A stretch of DNA of 64,000 nucleotides from assembly GCA_021833365.1 (NCBI GenBank), contig JAKBFV010000001.1, positions 2,750-66,749 of the forward strand, read 5' to 3'. The notes under the pieces were generated by a model. The model was not told the DNA's origin, did not search any database, and saw nothing but the letters and a program-made list of their open reading frames with translations. Source of the DNA: Pseudomonadota bacterium (GTDB taxonomy: Bacteria > Pseudomonadota > Gammaproteobacteria > Pseudomonadales > Moraxellaceae). Of the stretch, positions 53,461-62,922 are shown in pieces. The translations under genes were made by a program, and so were the position numbers. The stretch's first letter is position 1, and each line of letters begins with the position of its first letter.

Positions 53461-55305
53461 TCAAGGGTGATGTGTCGCCTGCCCGCAGGCGACCTCGGTG
53501 ATGGCGGTGCTCAGCGACTCGAGGCGCAGAGGTTTGCACAGGTAATGCAGGAAGCCGGCGTCGAGAGCCTGCTGGCGCAGGGTGTCGTCATCGCTGGCCG
53601 AGATCATGAAGCAGGGCGGTCGATGCGCGGCATCGAGTCTGGCGATCAGGTCGAGACCACTCATGTCGTCGAGATGGAGATCGGTCATCAGCAGGTCGAT
53701 GGCGGTCTGGGCCAGAATGGCGAGGGCCTGCTGCCCCGACTCGGCCAGATGCAGCTGATGCCCTGCCGCCATCTTGCGAATCATGCCCTGCATGATCAGG
53801 CGGTTGCTGGCGTCGTCATCGACGTAGAGGATCTGCAGGGGGCGGGCATCGTGGCTGGGCATATGCGTCGCCAAGGGCAATTGCAGACTGAAGGTCGATC
53901 CTTGCCCGGGAACGCTGGCGAGATGGATGTCGCCATCCATGAGGCGGGCGAGGCTGCGCGAGAAGTTCAGGCCGATACCGGTTCCCTCGACCTTATGCTG
54001 GCGACTGCCGACACGATTGAAGGTTTCGAAGATCCGTTCCTGATCCTGTGGCCGTATGCCGGGGCCGTCGTCGCGGATCTCGATGAAAATGCTCTGTGCA
54101 TCGGTGTGCCAGTCGAGCCAGACGGCGCCACCGTGCGTGTTGTATTTGATGGCATTGGAGAGCAGGTTGAGGAGGATCTGGCGCAGGCGGCGTGGATCAG
54201 CAAAGAGGATGGGCAGGCTCGTGGAGGTGGGCGGGTGCAGGCGTATCTGGCGCTGCTCGGCCATGGCGCGCACGAAAGCCAGGCATTCTTCGAACAAGGG
54301 GCGTGGGTCGATGAACTCGCGTGCCAGAGTCAGTTTGCCGGCCTCGACGCTGGCCAGGTCGAGCACCTCGTTGATCAGGCCGAGGAGGTGCCAGCCGCCC
54401 TGAATGATCAGGTCGAGGCGCTGGTCGTGCGGCGCACACCCCTCGCTTTGCAGGATTTGCGCAAAACCGAGGATGGCATTGAGCGGGGTGCGCAGCTCAT
54501 GGCTCATGTGGTTGAGAAAGTCGGTCTTGGCGCGGCTGGCGGCCTGTGCCTGGGTGATCGCGGTTTGCAGCTGCTCCTCGGCGAGGATGCGCGCGGTGAT
54601 GTCGGTGAAGGTGAAAACGTGTCCGAGCAGGCTGTCGCCGAGCAGATGCGGGCGGATGCGGCACTCCAGCCATTGTCGTGGCTTCAGCTCGAGCAGGATG
54701 AAGCCCTCCTGATCGCGGGCTTCCTGGGCCATCGCCAGGAACTGCCGCGCTGCTTGGGCTTGCCGGAAACGACGCATCATCTGGCGATAGATGCCACGCT
54801 CTCCGCTTTGCAGATGCTCGTCGCTGAGCTGCCAGAAGTCGGCAAAACGGCGGTTGAAGTGGACGATGCGGCCATCGAGATCGATGACCAGAATGCCGTC
54901 AGCGGTCGATTCCAGAGTGGCCTGCAGCAGGGTGGCTGATTTTTCCAGAGCCAGACTGGCCTGTTTTTCGCTTTCATCCGGGCGCAGGTGGATGGCGAGG
55001 AGATTTTTGCCGGCGAAGGCGAGGGCGACGACGTGCTTTTGCACGCTCAGGGTATGGCCATGAGCATCGAGATAGAGACCTTCGCAAGGGTCGCGGCCTT
55101 GTACCTGCCCGGTGCGCACTTCTTCCCAGTAAAAGATGTCGGACAGGGCGCATTCGAGATCGGTGATCGGTCGCCCGATCAGCTGTGCATGGCCGAGCAG
55201 TTCGCGACAGGCCGGCGTGTGCGCGACGACGAGCAGGCTGGCCGCGTCGACGAGCAGGATGGCCTCCTCGCAGCAGCTGTAAAGCAGCTCGTTGTAGGTG
55301 TTCAT
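53461..55305 (-). CDS. hybrid sensor histidine kinase (PAS-PAS-HisKA-HATPase-REC)
   Basis: 614 aa. H-box SHELRTPLNAILGF, N/G boxes (NAIKYN, GTGIGL) and a C-terminal receiver (ILYVDDD...LLMTDLHLDDMSGLDL). Confidence 0.85.
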   Translation of the reverse strand: MNTYNELLYSCCEEAILLVDAASLLVVAHTPACRELLGHAQLIGRPITDLECALSDIFYWEEVRTGQVQGRDPCEGLYLDAHGHTLSVQKHVVALAFAGKNLLAIHLRPDESEKQASLALEKSATLLQATLESTADGILVIDLDGRIVHFNRRFADFWQLSDEHLQSGERGIYRQMMRRFRQAQAARQFLAMAQEARDQEGFILLELKPRQWLECRIRPHLLGDSLLGHVFTFTDITARILAEEQLQTAITQAQAASRAKTDFLNHMSHELRTPLNAILGFAQILQSEGCAPHDQRLDLIIQGGWHLLGLINEVLDLASVEAGKLTLAREFIDPRPLFEECLAFVRAMAEQRQIRLHPPTSTSLPILFADPRRLRQILLNLLSNAIKYNTHGGAVWLDWHTDAQSIFIEIRDDGPGIRPQDQERIFETFNRVGSRQHKVEGTGIGLNFSRSLARLMDGDIHLASVPGQGSTFSLQLPLATHMPSHDARPLQILYVDDDASNRLIMQGMIRKMAAGHQLHLAESGQQALAILAQTAIDLLMTDLHLDDMSGLDLIARLDAAHRPPCFMISASDDDTLRQQALDAGFLHYLCKPLRLESLSTAITEVACGQATHHP

Positions 55306-56588
55306 GCACCACTTCCGGCGCGTGCGCCTTTGCCGTCGAAGAAATAGGTGACGCGCGTGCGTGGGCTGAGATAGTCGTAGACGGCGGTCGGCAGCTGCGC
55401 CGGGCGCAGAGCTTTGCTGATCGACAGCTCATCGTCCTCGGTCAGGTCGAGGATGATGGCCTCCTCGCGTGGCGTGCTCGGGTCATAGACCAGTACCTGC
55501 GGCTTGATCGGTTTGGCCGGGTTGACCGAGACGACCATGCCGAGATTGTCATTGTTGAGGCGCACGATGGTGCCAGGTGGATAGACGCCGAGGGTATGAA
55601 TGAGCGTGCTCAGAACCTCGCCATCCCAGCGCCGGCGCTGTTGCGAGAACATCAGGGAGAGCGCTTCATGCGGTGTCAGCGCGTGGATCGCCTGCACCGG
55701 GTTGCACAGATTGTCATAAGCGTTGACGGCGGCGAGGATGCGGCTGTGTGGATCGATGGCGGCGGCTGTCAGGCCTTTCGGGTAGCCGGAGCCGTCCATA
55801 TATTCGTGGTGCTGGGCGATCATCTGTATGACCGCTGCCGGCAATTGCACTTTGCCGGCAATGTCGAGTCCGTAAGCGACGTGCATCTGCAGGAAGTCGG
55901 CTTCGGCCTTGTTCGGCTTGTCGGCCTTGATCAGGACCTTGTGTGGGATACGGCTCTTGCCGAGGTCATGAAAGATGCCGCCCATGCCCAGCTGCTGCAG
56001 CTCGTTTTCGCCGAGGTGCATGGCGCGGCCGGTGATCATCGCCAGCATGGCGACGTTGAGGCTGTGGTAGTAGACGTCTTCGCCCATGACCTTGTCGTTC
56101 ATCAGATGGATGACGACCTCACTCTCGCGCAGCAGGGATTGCGCCAGCTGCTCGGTCAGCGCCTGCGCATCGGCGATGCTCTCCTGCGGCAGGGCGATGA
56201 GATTGCGCGAGATCGAGTTGATGGTGCGGGCGGCGTCGAGATAGCGCTTTTCGCACTGTGCGAGAGCAGCGCGCTGTGCTTTCAGGCGTTCGATGCGCTG
56301 GCGTTTGGCGATGAGGGCGGGAGAAGGTTCAGCCTCGACCATGGTGGCCGCCGGCGCGGTGGGCGGCACCGCGGCGACGACCAGCGCGCGTGGTGGCTGG
56401 GTGCTCCGCTCAGGATCGATGCGCACCTTGTCGAGACCGAGGCGGAGCAGCTGCGTCAGCTGCTCGTCATTCTTGATGCGGAAGTGGCTCAAGGTGAAGG
56501 GATGATCCATCCAGCCGAGATCGAGATAGACATAGACGCCGATCTGCAGTTGGCTGGGGTGGACATAGACAGGTGGACGCGCAGTCAC
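55302..56588 (-). CDS. HD-GYP c-di-GMP phosphodiesterase with DUF3391-like N-terminus
   Basis: 428 aa. HSLNVAML, GGIFHDLGK and HHEYMDGSGYPKGL are all present. 4-nt overlap with the kinase gene downstream. Confidence 0.85.
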   Translation of the reverse strand: MTARPPVYVHPSQLQIGVYVYLDLGWMDHPFTLSHFRIKNDEQLTQLLRLGLDKVRIDPERSTQPPRALVVAAVPPTAPAATMVEAEPSPALIAKRQRIERLKAQRAALAQCEKRYLDAARTINSISRNLIALPQESIADAQALTEQLAQSLLRESEVVIHLMNDKVMGEDVYYHSLNVAMLAMITGRAMHLGENELQQLGMGGIFHDLGKSRIPHKVLIKADKPNKAEADFLQMHVAYGLDIAGKVQLPAAVIQMIAQHHEYMDGSGYPKGLTAAAIDPHSRILAAVNAYDNLCNPVQAIHALTPHEALSLMFSQQRRRWDGEVLSTLIHTLGVYPPGTIVRLNNDNLGMVVSVNPAKPIKPQVLVYDPSTPREEAIILDLTEDDELSISKALRPAQLPTAVYDYLSPRTRVTYFFDGKGARAGSGA

Positions 56589-56705
56589 CGGTTTTCCTCG
56601 CGAGGATATCCTGCCGGCAGTATAGTTCCTGCGGCTGAGTGCTGCCGCTTTTATCGGCGATGATCTACACTCGATTCATATACGGGAAGGCCGAGGAGGG
56701 ATGGA

Positions 56706-57836
56706 TTGACGGATGAATATGTGCCGTTACGGGCGGGCGCCATCACCGTAGGTAAGCCCTTGTTGTTCAATGTCTATGACGTCGATGGTGCTTTGTTGCT
56801 GCAACAGGGCCATGTCGTCGCTTCGCGCGAACAACTCGATACGCTCTATCGGCGCGGTCTTTATCATGTCCGCCACCTGCAGGCGCCGTTGCGCATGAAT
56901 GCCGATGACAACGTCGTCGATGCAAGGCACAGCAATCTCTTCACCGACCTGCCGGAGATACTCGATGATCTCGAGATGGTGCAGTCTTATCTCGTCCATG
57001 CCCACGAAGAGGCGCTGAAACGCCTGGAGCGACTGGTTCAACGCATCCATCGCAGCATCGAACGCGACCCCGACGCCGCTCTCGGCGTCGTGCATACCAA
57101 TACCATCGAGCCTTCGGCGCGCGAGCAGACCTTGTATCACGCCATCCTCTGCGATCGTATGTGTGAGCGTCTCGGCTGGGAGGCAGCGCGCCGTGCTTCG
57201 GTGTTGAGCGCTGCGCTCACCGCCAACCTGGCCCTGCTGCCGCATCAGGACAAGCTCAATCGCTCGCGCCATCCCCTCAACGACGGACAACGCGCCGTTC
57301 TGCGCAAGCATCCTGATCTTTCGCTGCAGGCCTTGAAGCGCGCCGGCATCAGCGATGAGATCTGCCTGGCGGCGGTGGCGCAGCATCATGAGAACGCCGA
57401 TGGCTCGGGTTATCCGCTCGGCCTGGTCGAGGCGCAGATCGTGCCGGAAGCCCTGCTCCTCGCCCTCGCTGAGCGCTATATCGCGATGATCACGCAGCGC
57501 GCCTATCGTCCGCGCCTGGCGGCGGATGCGGCGATCAAGGAGCTCGCCAGAGCGGGTGTGGCGCGCACGCCCTGGACCGCCCTGGTGCAGGAATTGACAG
57601 CGTATCCGCCGGGCGTCATCGTCGAGCTCGCCAATGGCGAGATGGCGGTGGTGACGCAGCGCGGCGGTACGACGCTGCCGCGGGTGCGCGCCATCCTCAG
57701 CAGCCGTGGGCAGGCTTTCAGCAGTGCCTATCTGCGCGACTGCCGCTTGCCGGAGTTCGCCATACGGCGCATCGTCCTGCCCGAGCATCAACCCAGCCTG
57801 CGCATGGCGCAGCTGTGGCCGACGGGGAGTTTCTGA
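56706..57836 (+). CDS. degenerate HD-GYP domain protein (HD dyad lost, GYP retained)
   Basis: 376 aa with a TTG start (GTG at 56721 is also possible). HHENADGSGYPLGL is present, but the position of hHDiGK reads SAALTANLAL. Same DUF3391-like N-terminal layout as the divergent neighbour. Confidence 0.7.
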   Translation: MTDEYVPLRAGAITVGKPLLFNVYDVDGALLLQQGHVVASREQLDTLYRRGLYHVRHLQAPLRMNADDNVVDARHSNLFTDLPEILDDLEMVQSYLVHAHEEALKRLERLVQRIHRSIERDPDAALGVVHTNTIEPSAREQTLYHAILCDRMCERLGWEAARRASVLSAALTANLALLPHQDKLNRSRHPLNDGQRAVLRKHPDLSLQALKRAGISDEICLAAVAQHHENADGSGYPLGLVEAQIVPEALLLALAERYIAMITQRAYRPRLAADAAIKELARAGVARTPWTALVQELTAYPPGVIVELANGEMAVVTQRGGTTLPRVRAILSSRGQAFSSAYLRDCRLPEFAIRRIVLPEHQPSLRMAQLWPTGSF

Positions 57837-57855
57837 ACGCGGGAAGGAGCGGGGT

Positions 57856-59346
57856 ATGGCGGTATCGGACCTGGATCTGCCAGGGGATGGTTTTTTTTCG
57901 CTGGAACAGGTGCGCGCTCTCGATGCTGCCGCCATCGCCGGCGCCTGGCCCGGGCGCGAACTCATGGAGCGCGCCGGGCTTTCAGCCTGGCGCCTGCTGC
58001 AGCAGTGCTGGCCACAGGCGCGGCGCATCGCTCTCGTCCTCGGTTCCGGCAACAACGCTGGCGATGCCTGGGTGCTGGCGCGCTGGGCGCATCTGCATGG
58101 CTGCGAGATCGAGCTGCAGGCGACGGTCAGTGTCTGGTCAGGAGCTGCCGGTGAGGCTGCGGCCTTGGCCGAAGCGCGCGGCCTGCGCGCCGGAGCGATC
58201 AGCGTCGAGCGCCTCGCCGGCGCCGACGTCGTCGTCGATGCCATCCTCGGCAGTGGCAGTCGTGGTGCTCCGCGCGCCGACGCTGAGGCGGCGATTATGG
58301 CGATCCGTGCCTGCGCGCGGCCCGTCCTCGCTCTCGATCTGCCCTCCGGGGTCGATGCCGATCGTGGTGGATTGCTCGGCAGCGTCGCCGTCCGCGCTGA
58401 TTGCACCCTCAGTTTCGTCGCTGCCAAACGCGGTCTGTACACCGGTGCGGCGGCGGCGCACGCCGGGCGCGTCTGGGTCGATGATCTCGGTATCGATCGC
58501 TGTCCGACCCTTCGTCCGACGGTCCATGATGTCCACGCTGTCGAGTTGCCGAGACGCGCCGGCGACGCCCACAAAGGCGCGCAGGGTCACGTGCTGGTGC
58601 TGGGCGGCAATCACGGCATGGCCGGCGCTGCCCTGCTCTGCGCGCGCGCGGCGGCGCGTGCCGGCGCCGGTCGTGTCAGTCTGATCGCACGCCCCTTCAC
58701 CCTGCAGGCTGTGCCGATGCGCGTACCCGAGGTCATGACGCCGCCAGGTGAGAGCGCCGCCGAGCTGGCGGCGGCGGTGCAGGGTGCTGAGGTCTGCGCC
58801 CTCGGCCCGGGCCTTGGGCGTGACGACTGGGCGCAGCGGCTCTATGCCGCCGTGCAGGGCGGTGGCCGGCCCTGCGTGCTCGACGCCGATGCTTTGCGCT
58901 TGCTCGCCGCGCAGCCGTGTGCGTGGCCGCAGGCGGTGATCACGCCGCATCCCGGTGAGGCGGCGGCCCTGCTCGGTGTCGACAGCGCGACGGTGCAGGC
59001 GGATCGCTTCGCCGCTGCCGCTGAATTGCATCGCCGCTACGCCGCGACGGTGGTGCTCAAGGGCAATGGCAGCCTCATCCATAGCGCCGCCGGGACCTGG
59101 CTGTGTCGTGCCGGCAATCCCGGCATGGCCAGCGCCGGCATGGGTGACGTGCTCACCGGTCTGCTCGCCGCCTTGCTCGCGCAGGGTCTGGCGGCGCCAT
59201 CAGCAGCGCAGGCAGCGGTCTGGATTCATGCGCGTAGCGGCGATCGCCTGGCAGCGCAACGAGGGCAGCGAGGTCTGCTCGCCTCGGATATAATCGAGGC
59301 TTGGCAGGAGGATTTGAACCCATGCAACGCGGCCCCCAGACCTTGA
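57856..59346 (+). CDS. nnr: bifunctional NAD(P)H-hydrate repair enzyme Nnr (YjeF)
   Basis: 496 aa from ATG 57856. N-terminal epimerase domain (GSGNNAGDA). C-terminal dehydratase (HKGAQGHVLVLGG..., GMASAGMGDVLTG). Confidence 0.9.
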   Translation: MAVSDLDLPGDGFFSLEQVRALDAAAIAGAWPGRELMERAGLSAWRLLQQCWPQARRIALVLGSGNNAGDAWVLARWAHLHGCEIELQATVSVWSGAAGEAAALAEARGLRAGAISVERLAGADVVVDAILGSGSRGAPRADAEAAIMAIRACARPVLALDLPSGVDADRGGLLGSVAVRADCTLSFVAAKRGLYTGAAAAHAGRVWVDDLGIDRCPTLRPTVHDVHAVELPRRAGDAHKGAQGHVLVLGGNHGMAGAALLCARAAARAGAGRVSLIARPFTLQAVPMRVPEVMTPPGESAAELAAAVQGAEVCALGPGLGRDDWAQRLYAAVQGGGRPCVLDADALRLLAAQPCAWPQAVITPHPGEAAALLGVDSATVQADRFAAAAELHRRYAATVVLKGNGSLIHSAAGTWLCRAGNPGMASAGMGDVLTGLLAALLAQGLAAPSAAQAAVWIHARSGDRLAAQRGQRGLLASDIIEAWQEDLNPCNAAPRP

Positions 59347-59801
59347 TCAGTGAGCGTGATACCGAGGCGCTCGCCGCCGCCATGGCGCAGGCCTGGCGTG
59401 AGCCGCTGCTGGTCTATCTGAGTGGCGATCTCGGCGTCGGCAAGACCACCCTGGTGCGGCATCTCCTGCATGCTTTCGGTCACCACGGTTCGGTGCGCAG
59501 TCCGACCTATAACCTCGTCGAGCCTTACGCTCTGGGTATCGGGCCGGTCTTTCATTTCGATCTCTATCGCGTCCAGGATCCCGAGGAGCTGGAGTTGATC
59601 GGCTGGCGCGATTATCTGGCGGAAGCGGCTCTGTGTCTGGTCGAATGGCCGGAGCGCGCGCAGCCCCTGCTGCCGCAGGCGGATGTCGAGGTGGCGCTGC
59701 AGCTGCACGGTCATCAACGCAGCGCCACCTTGCAGGCCCAGGGTGAGCGGGGTTCGGCCTGGATGCAAAGGCTGCTCTGGCCGCTCGGGCTGGCCTCATG
59801 A
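59322..59801 (+). CDS. tsaE: tRNA t6A37 biosynthesis ATPase TsaE (YjeE)
   Basis: 159 aa from ATG 59322 (AGGAGGA RBS). LSGDLGVGKTTLVR, SPTYNLVEPY and HFDLYR. Confidence 0.9.
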   Translation: MQRGPQTLISERDTEALAAAMAQAWREPLLVYLSGDLGVGKTTLVRHLLHAFGHHGSVRSPTYNLVEPYALGIGPVFHFDLYRVQDPEELELIGWRDYLAEAALCLVEWPERAQPLLPQADVEVALQLHGHQRSATLQAQGERGSAWMQRLLWPLGLAS

Positions 59802-61132
59802 AGAGGGTCTACCTGGCGGGCTTGCTGTCCCTGCTGTGCATCCAGGTACAGGCGGCGGTCGACGTGCTCGGTGTGCGCAGCTGGTCGAGCCCGGCACATA
59901 CGCGCTATGTCATCGATCTCTCGGCGGCGCCGAATTATCAGCTGAGTCCGGACAGTACGCCCGGCCAGGTGTTGCTGGATCTGCCGAATGTCGAGCAAAC
60001 GCCTGCCCATACGCTCAAGCTCAAGCCGGACGGTCTGGTCAGCGGCATCGCCTTCGAAGCGATGGGAGGCGGCTTGCGCCTGCGTCTCGATCTGCACGAT
60101 GCGGCGTCACCGGTGGTCTTTCTGCTGCCGCCGGCGACACAGCATCCGGGCTATCGCCTGGTCATCGATCTGATCGCTCAGGATGAAGCACCGGCGGTGC
60201 TTCCGGTGCCGACACCGTCCCCCGTACCGTCCTCGCCGCCGGTGTCATCGCCGGTATCATCGCCGGTATCAACGCCGGTATCAACGCCGGTATCAACGCC
60301 GGTATCAACGCCGGTATCAACGCCGACGTCAGCCGCGACCATGCCCTCTCCGCCAGCTGCGCTGGCAGGGCGCGACGTCGTGGTCGCCATCGATGCCGGT
60401 CACGGCGGGCAGGACACCGGCGCCATCGGTCCGGGTGCTGTCTACGAAAAGACGGTGACCCTGGCGATCGCCCGTTCCCTGCAGAAACAGATGGCCGGCG
60501 TCAAGGGTCTGCGGCCGGTGCTGACGCGTGACGGTGATTACTTCATCCCTCTCGTCGAGCGTCGCGAGATCGCGCGTCGGCACTATCACGCCGACATCTT
60601 CATCTCCATCCATGCCGACGCTTCGCCGAGCCGCGGCGCCAGCGGTGCTTCGGTCTTTGCCCTCTCGCTCAAGGGTGCCAATACCGCCACATCGCGCTTT
60701 GCGCGCGCCCTGGCCGAGCGCGAGAATCAGGCCGACCAGGTCGGGGGCATCAAGGTGCCGGAGCATGACGACGTCCTCGCCGGCGTCCTCGCCGACATGG
60801 TCGTCGAAGGTTCGCTCGAGCATAGTCTGCACCTCGGTGGTGACATCCTCGACGAGCTCAAGGGCTTCAGTCCTCTGCACTCGCATCACGTCGAGCAGGC
60901 AGGTTTTGCCGTGCTCAAGGAGCCGGGCATGGTATCCCTGCTGGTCGAGAACGGCTTCATCACCAATCGCCGTGAAGAACGCCATCTCGTCGATGCCTCT
61001 TATCAGGAACAGCTGGCGCACGCCATCCTGCAGGGTGTCGAGCGCTATTGCCGCCACTATCCCCTGCCTGGTACTTATTTCGCCTGGCAACGCCAGCAGG
61101 CGGCGCGTACGCGCACCGCCGAGGTGAACTGA
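59798..61132 (+). CDS. amiB: N-acetylmuramoyl-L-alanine amidase (AMIN domain + amidase_3)
   Basis: 444 aa. Signal peptide, AMIN-like N-domain, Pro/Ser/Thr repeat linker and an amidase_3 core (VVAIDAGHGGQDTGA...ISIHADA). Symbol assigned by tsaE-amiB-mutL synteny. Confidence 0.85.
   Translation: MKRVYLAGLLSLLCIQVQAAVDVLGVRSWSSPAHTRYVIDLSAAPNYQLSPDSTPGQVLLDLPNVEQTPAHTLKLKPDGLVSGIAFEAMGGGLRLRLDLHDAASPVVFLLPPATQHPGYRLVIDLIAQDEAPAVLPVPTPSPVPSSPPVSSPVSSPVSTPVSTPVSTPVSTPVSTPTSAATMPSPPAALAGRDVVVAIDAGHGGQDTGAIGPGAVYEKTVTLAIARSLQKQMAGVKGLRPVLTRDGDYFIPLVERREIARRHYHADIFISIHADASPSRGASGASVFALSLKGANTATSRFARALAERENQADQVGGIKVPEHDDVLAGVLADMVVEGSLEHSLHLGGDILDELKGFSPLHSHHVEQAGFAVLKEPGMVSLLVENGFITNRREERHLVDASYQEQLAHAILQGVERYCRHYPLPGTYFAWQRQQAARTRTAEVN
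60239..60322 (+). repeat. 7 tandem copies of a 12-bp unit (CCGGT[G/A]TCA[T/A]CG) encoding (PVSS)2(PVST)5
   Basis: Read directly from the sequence. The last five units are identical. In frame inside the amidase linker. Confidence 0.9.
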
Positions 61133-62922
61133 TGGCGCGTATCCGCGCGCTCGACGCCCGCCTTGCCAACCAGATCGCCGCCGGTGAGGTGGTCGAACGA
61201 CCGGCCTCGGTACTCAAGGAATTGCTCGAGAACGCCATCGACGCCGGTGCCCGCCAGATCGACATCGACGTCGAGCGCGGTGGCGTGCAGCTCATCCGTG
61301 TGCGCGATGACGGTGAGGGCATCGCCCACGCCGATCTGCCGCTGGCGGTGCAACGTCACGCTACCAGCAAGATTCATGCGGAGGAGGATCTCGAGGCCGT
61401 CGCCACTTTAGGGTTTCGCGGCGAAGCCCTCGCCGCCATCGCTTCGGTGTCGCGCTTGCAACTGGTGTCACGCGCCGCCGGCAGCGAGCTCGCCTACCGC
61501 GTTCTGTGCGAGGGGCGCGAGATGAGTGCCCGTGTCGAGCCGGCTGCCCATCCCGAAGGTACGACGGTCGAGATGCGCGATCTCTTTTTCAATACACCGG
61601 CGCGCCGTAAATTCCTGCGCAGCGAGAACACCGAGTTCGATCATCTGCAGGACGTCGTGCGCAAGCTGGCGCTGGCGACTTTTTCCGTTCGTCTGCGCCT
61701 GCGCCACAATGGCCGCGAAGTTCTCGATTTGCCGGCGGTGAGCGCGACGAGCACACCGGAGCGGCGTTTGCGGCAGATTCTCGGCGAGTCTTTCGCGAGC
61801 GCGGCGGTCAGCATCGATGAATCGGCCGCCGGCCTGCGTCTACATGGCTGGATGGGCTTGCCGACGCACGCGCGTGCGCAGGCCGATCTGCAGTTTTTCT
61901 ATGTCAATGGTCGTGTCGTGCGCGACCGTATCGTCACCCACGCCGTGCGCAAGGCTTACGATGACGTCCTCTACCAGGCACGCCATCCGGTCTACCTGCT
62001 CTATCTCGAGCTCGATCCGGCGGCGGTGGACGTCAATGTCCATCCCACCAAGCATGAAGTGCGTTTTCGCGATCAGCGTCTGGTGCACGACTTCATCTTT
62101 CGCAGCCTGCACCGTTCTCTGGCACAACCGGTCGGTCGTGCCGGCAGCCCCGCGACGCCGGCCAATCTGCCGCCACATATGGCCGCGGCGGCGCCATCGC
62201 AGGCGCAGGTGTGGCAGGCCTTGCAGGGGCAGCTGGCCTTGCGCGCTGCGCTCGAGACAGCGGTGCCGGTGGCGTCGACCGCCGCTGCGGTGGGTGAGAT
62301 GAACGTCGCGGAGGCGACCGCCCCGGCACTGGCGGATGACCTGCCGCTCGGCTTTGCCCTCGCACAGGTGCACGGCATCTACATCCTGGCGCAGAACCGA
62401 CAGGGGCTGGTGGTCGTCGATATGCACGCCGCGCATGAGCGCATCACTTATGAACGCCTCAAGGCGGCCTGGGCGCAGGGGCGCATCGCCAGTCAACCGT
62501 TGTTGCTGCCGGTGGCGGTGACCTTGAGCGCGCATGAGGTGGAGCGACTGCTGCGCAGCGCCGTGGAGCTCGCCGAGCTCGGCCTCGAGATCGAGCAAGC
62601 CGGCCCCGAACAGGTCTGGGTGCGCGCCATGCCGGCCTTGTTGCCGGTGCAGGAGGCGGAGGCCCTGCTGCGCGATATCCTCGCCGACCTGCTCGTCGAG
62701 GGCGAGAGCAGTCGCCTGCAGGACCGTCAGCACGAAGTGCTGGCCACCCTCGCCTGTCATGCCGCCGTGCGCGCCGGCCGTATTCTGAGTCTGAGCGAGA
62801 TGAATGCTCTGCTGCGCGAGATGGAGGCGACGGAGCGTAGCGCGCAGTGCAATCATGGTCGCCCGACCTCGGTGCAACTGTCGCTCGCCGACCTCGATCG
62901 GTGGTTCCTGCGTGGCCGCTGA
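61132..62922 (+). CDS. mutL: DNA mismatch repair protein MutL
   Basis: 596 aa from ATG 61132 (ATGA overlap with the amiB stop). IAAGEVVERPASVLKELLENAIDAGA, DDGEGI and LGFRGEAL GHKL ATPase motifs. Confidence 0.95.
   Translation: MARIRALDARLANQIAAGEVVERPASVLKELLENAIDAGARQIDIDVERGGVQLIRVRDDGEGIAHADLPLAVQRHATSKIHAEEDLEAVATLGFRGEALAAIASVSRLQLVSRAAGSELAYRVLCEGREMSARVEPAAHPEGTTVEMRDLFFNTPARRKFLRSENTEFDHLQDVVRKLALATFSVRLRLRHNGREVLDLPAVSATSTPERRLRQILGESFASAAVSIDESAAGLRLHGWMGLPTHARAQADLQFFYVNGRVVRDRIVTHAVRKAYDDVLYQARHPVYLLYLELDPAAVDVNVHPTKHEVRFRDQRLVHDFIFRSLHRSLAQPVGRAGSPATPANLPPHMAAAAPSQAQVWQALQGQLALRAALETAVPVASTAAAVGEMNVAEATAPALADDLPLGFALAQVHGIYILAQNRQGLVVVDMHAAHERITYERLKAAWAQGRIASQPLLLPVAVTLSAHEVERLLRSAVELAELGLEIEQAGPEQVWVRAMPALLPVQEAEALLRDILADLLVEGESSRLQDRQHEVLATLACHAAVRAGRILSLSEMNALLREMEATERSAQCNHGRPTSVQLSLADLDRWFLRGR

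Noticed and set aside
53011-56663. 642-aa and 492-aa plus-strand ORFs
   Set aside because: They are antisense to gshA, the hybrid kinase gene and the HD-GYP gene, all of which carry clear catalytic motifs.
56727-58574. 615-aa minus-strand ORF
   Set aside because: It is antisense to the degenerate HD-GYP gene and nnr, with an Arg/Ala/Ser/Pro-rich shadow frame.
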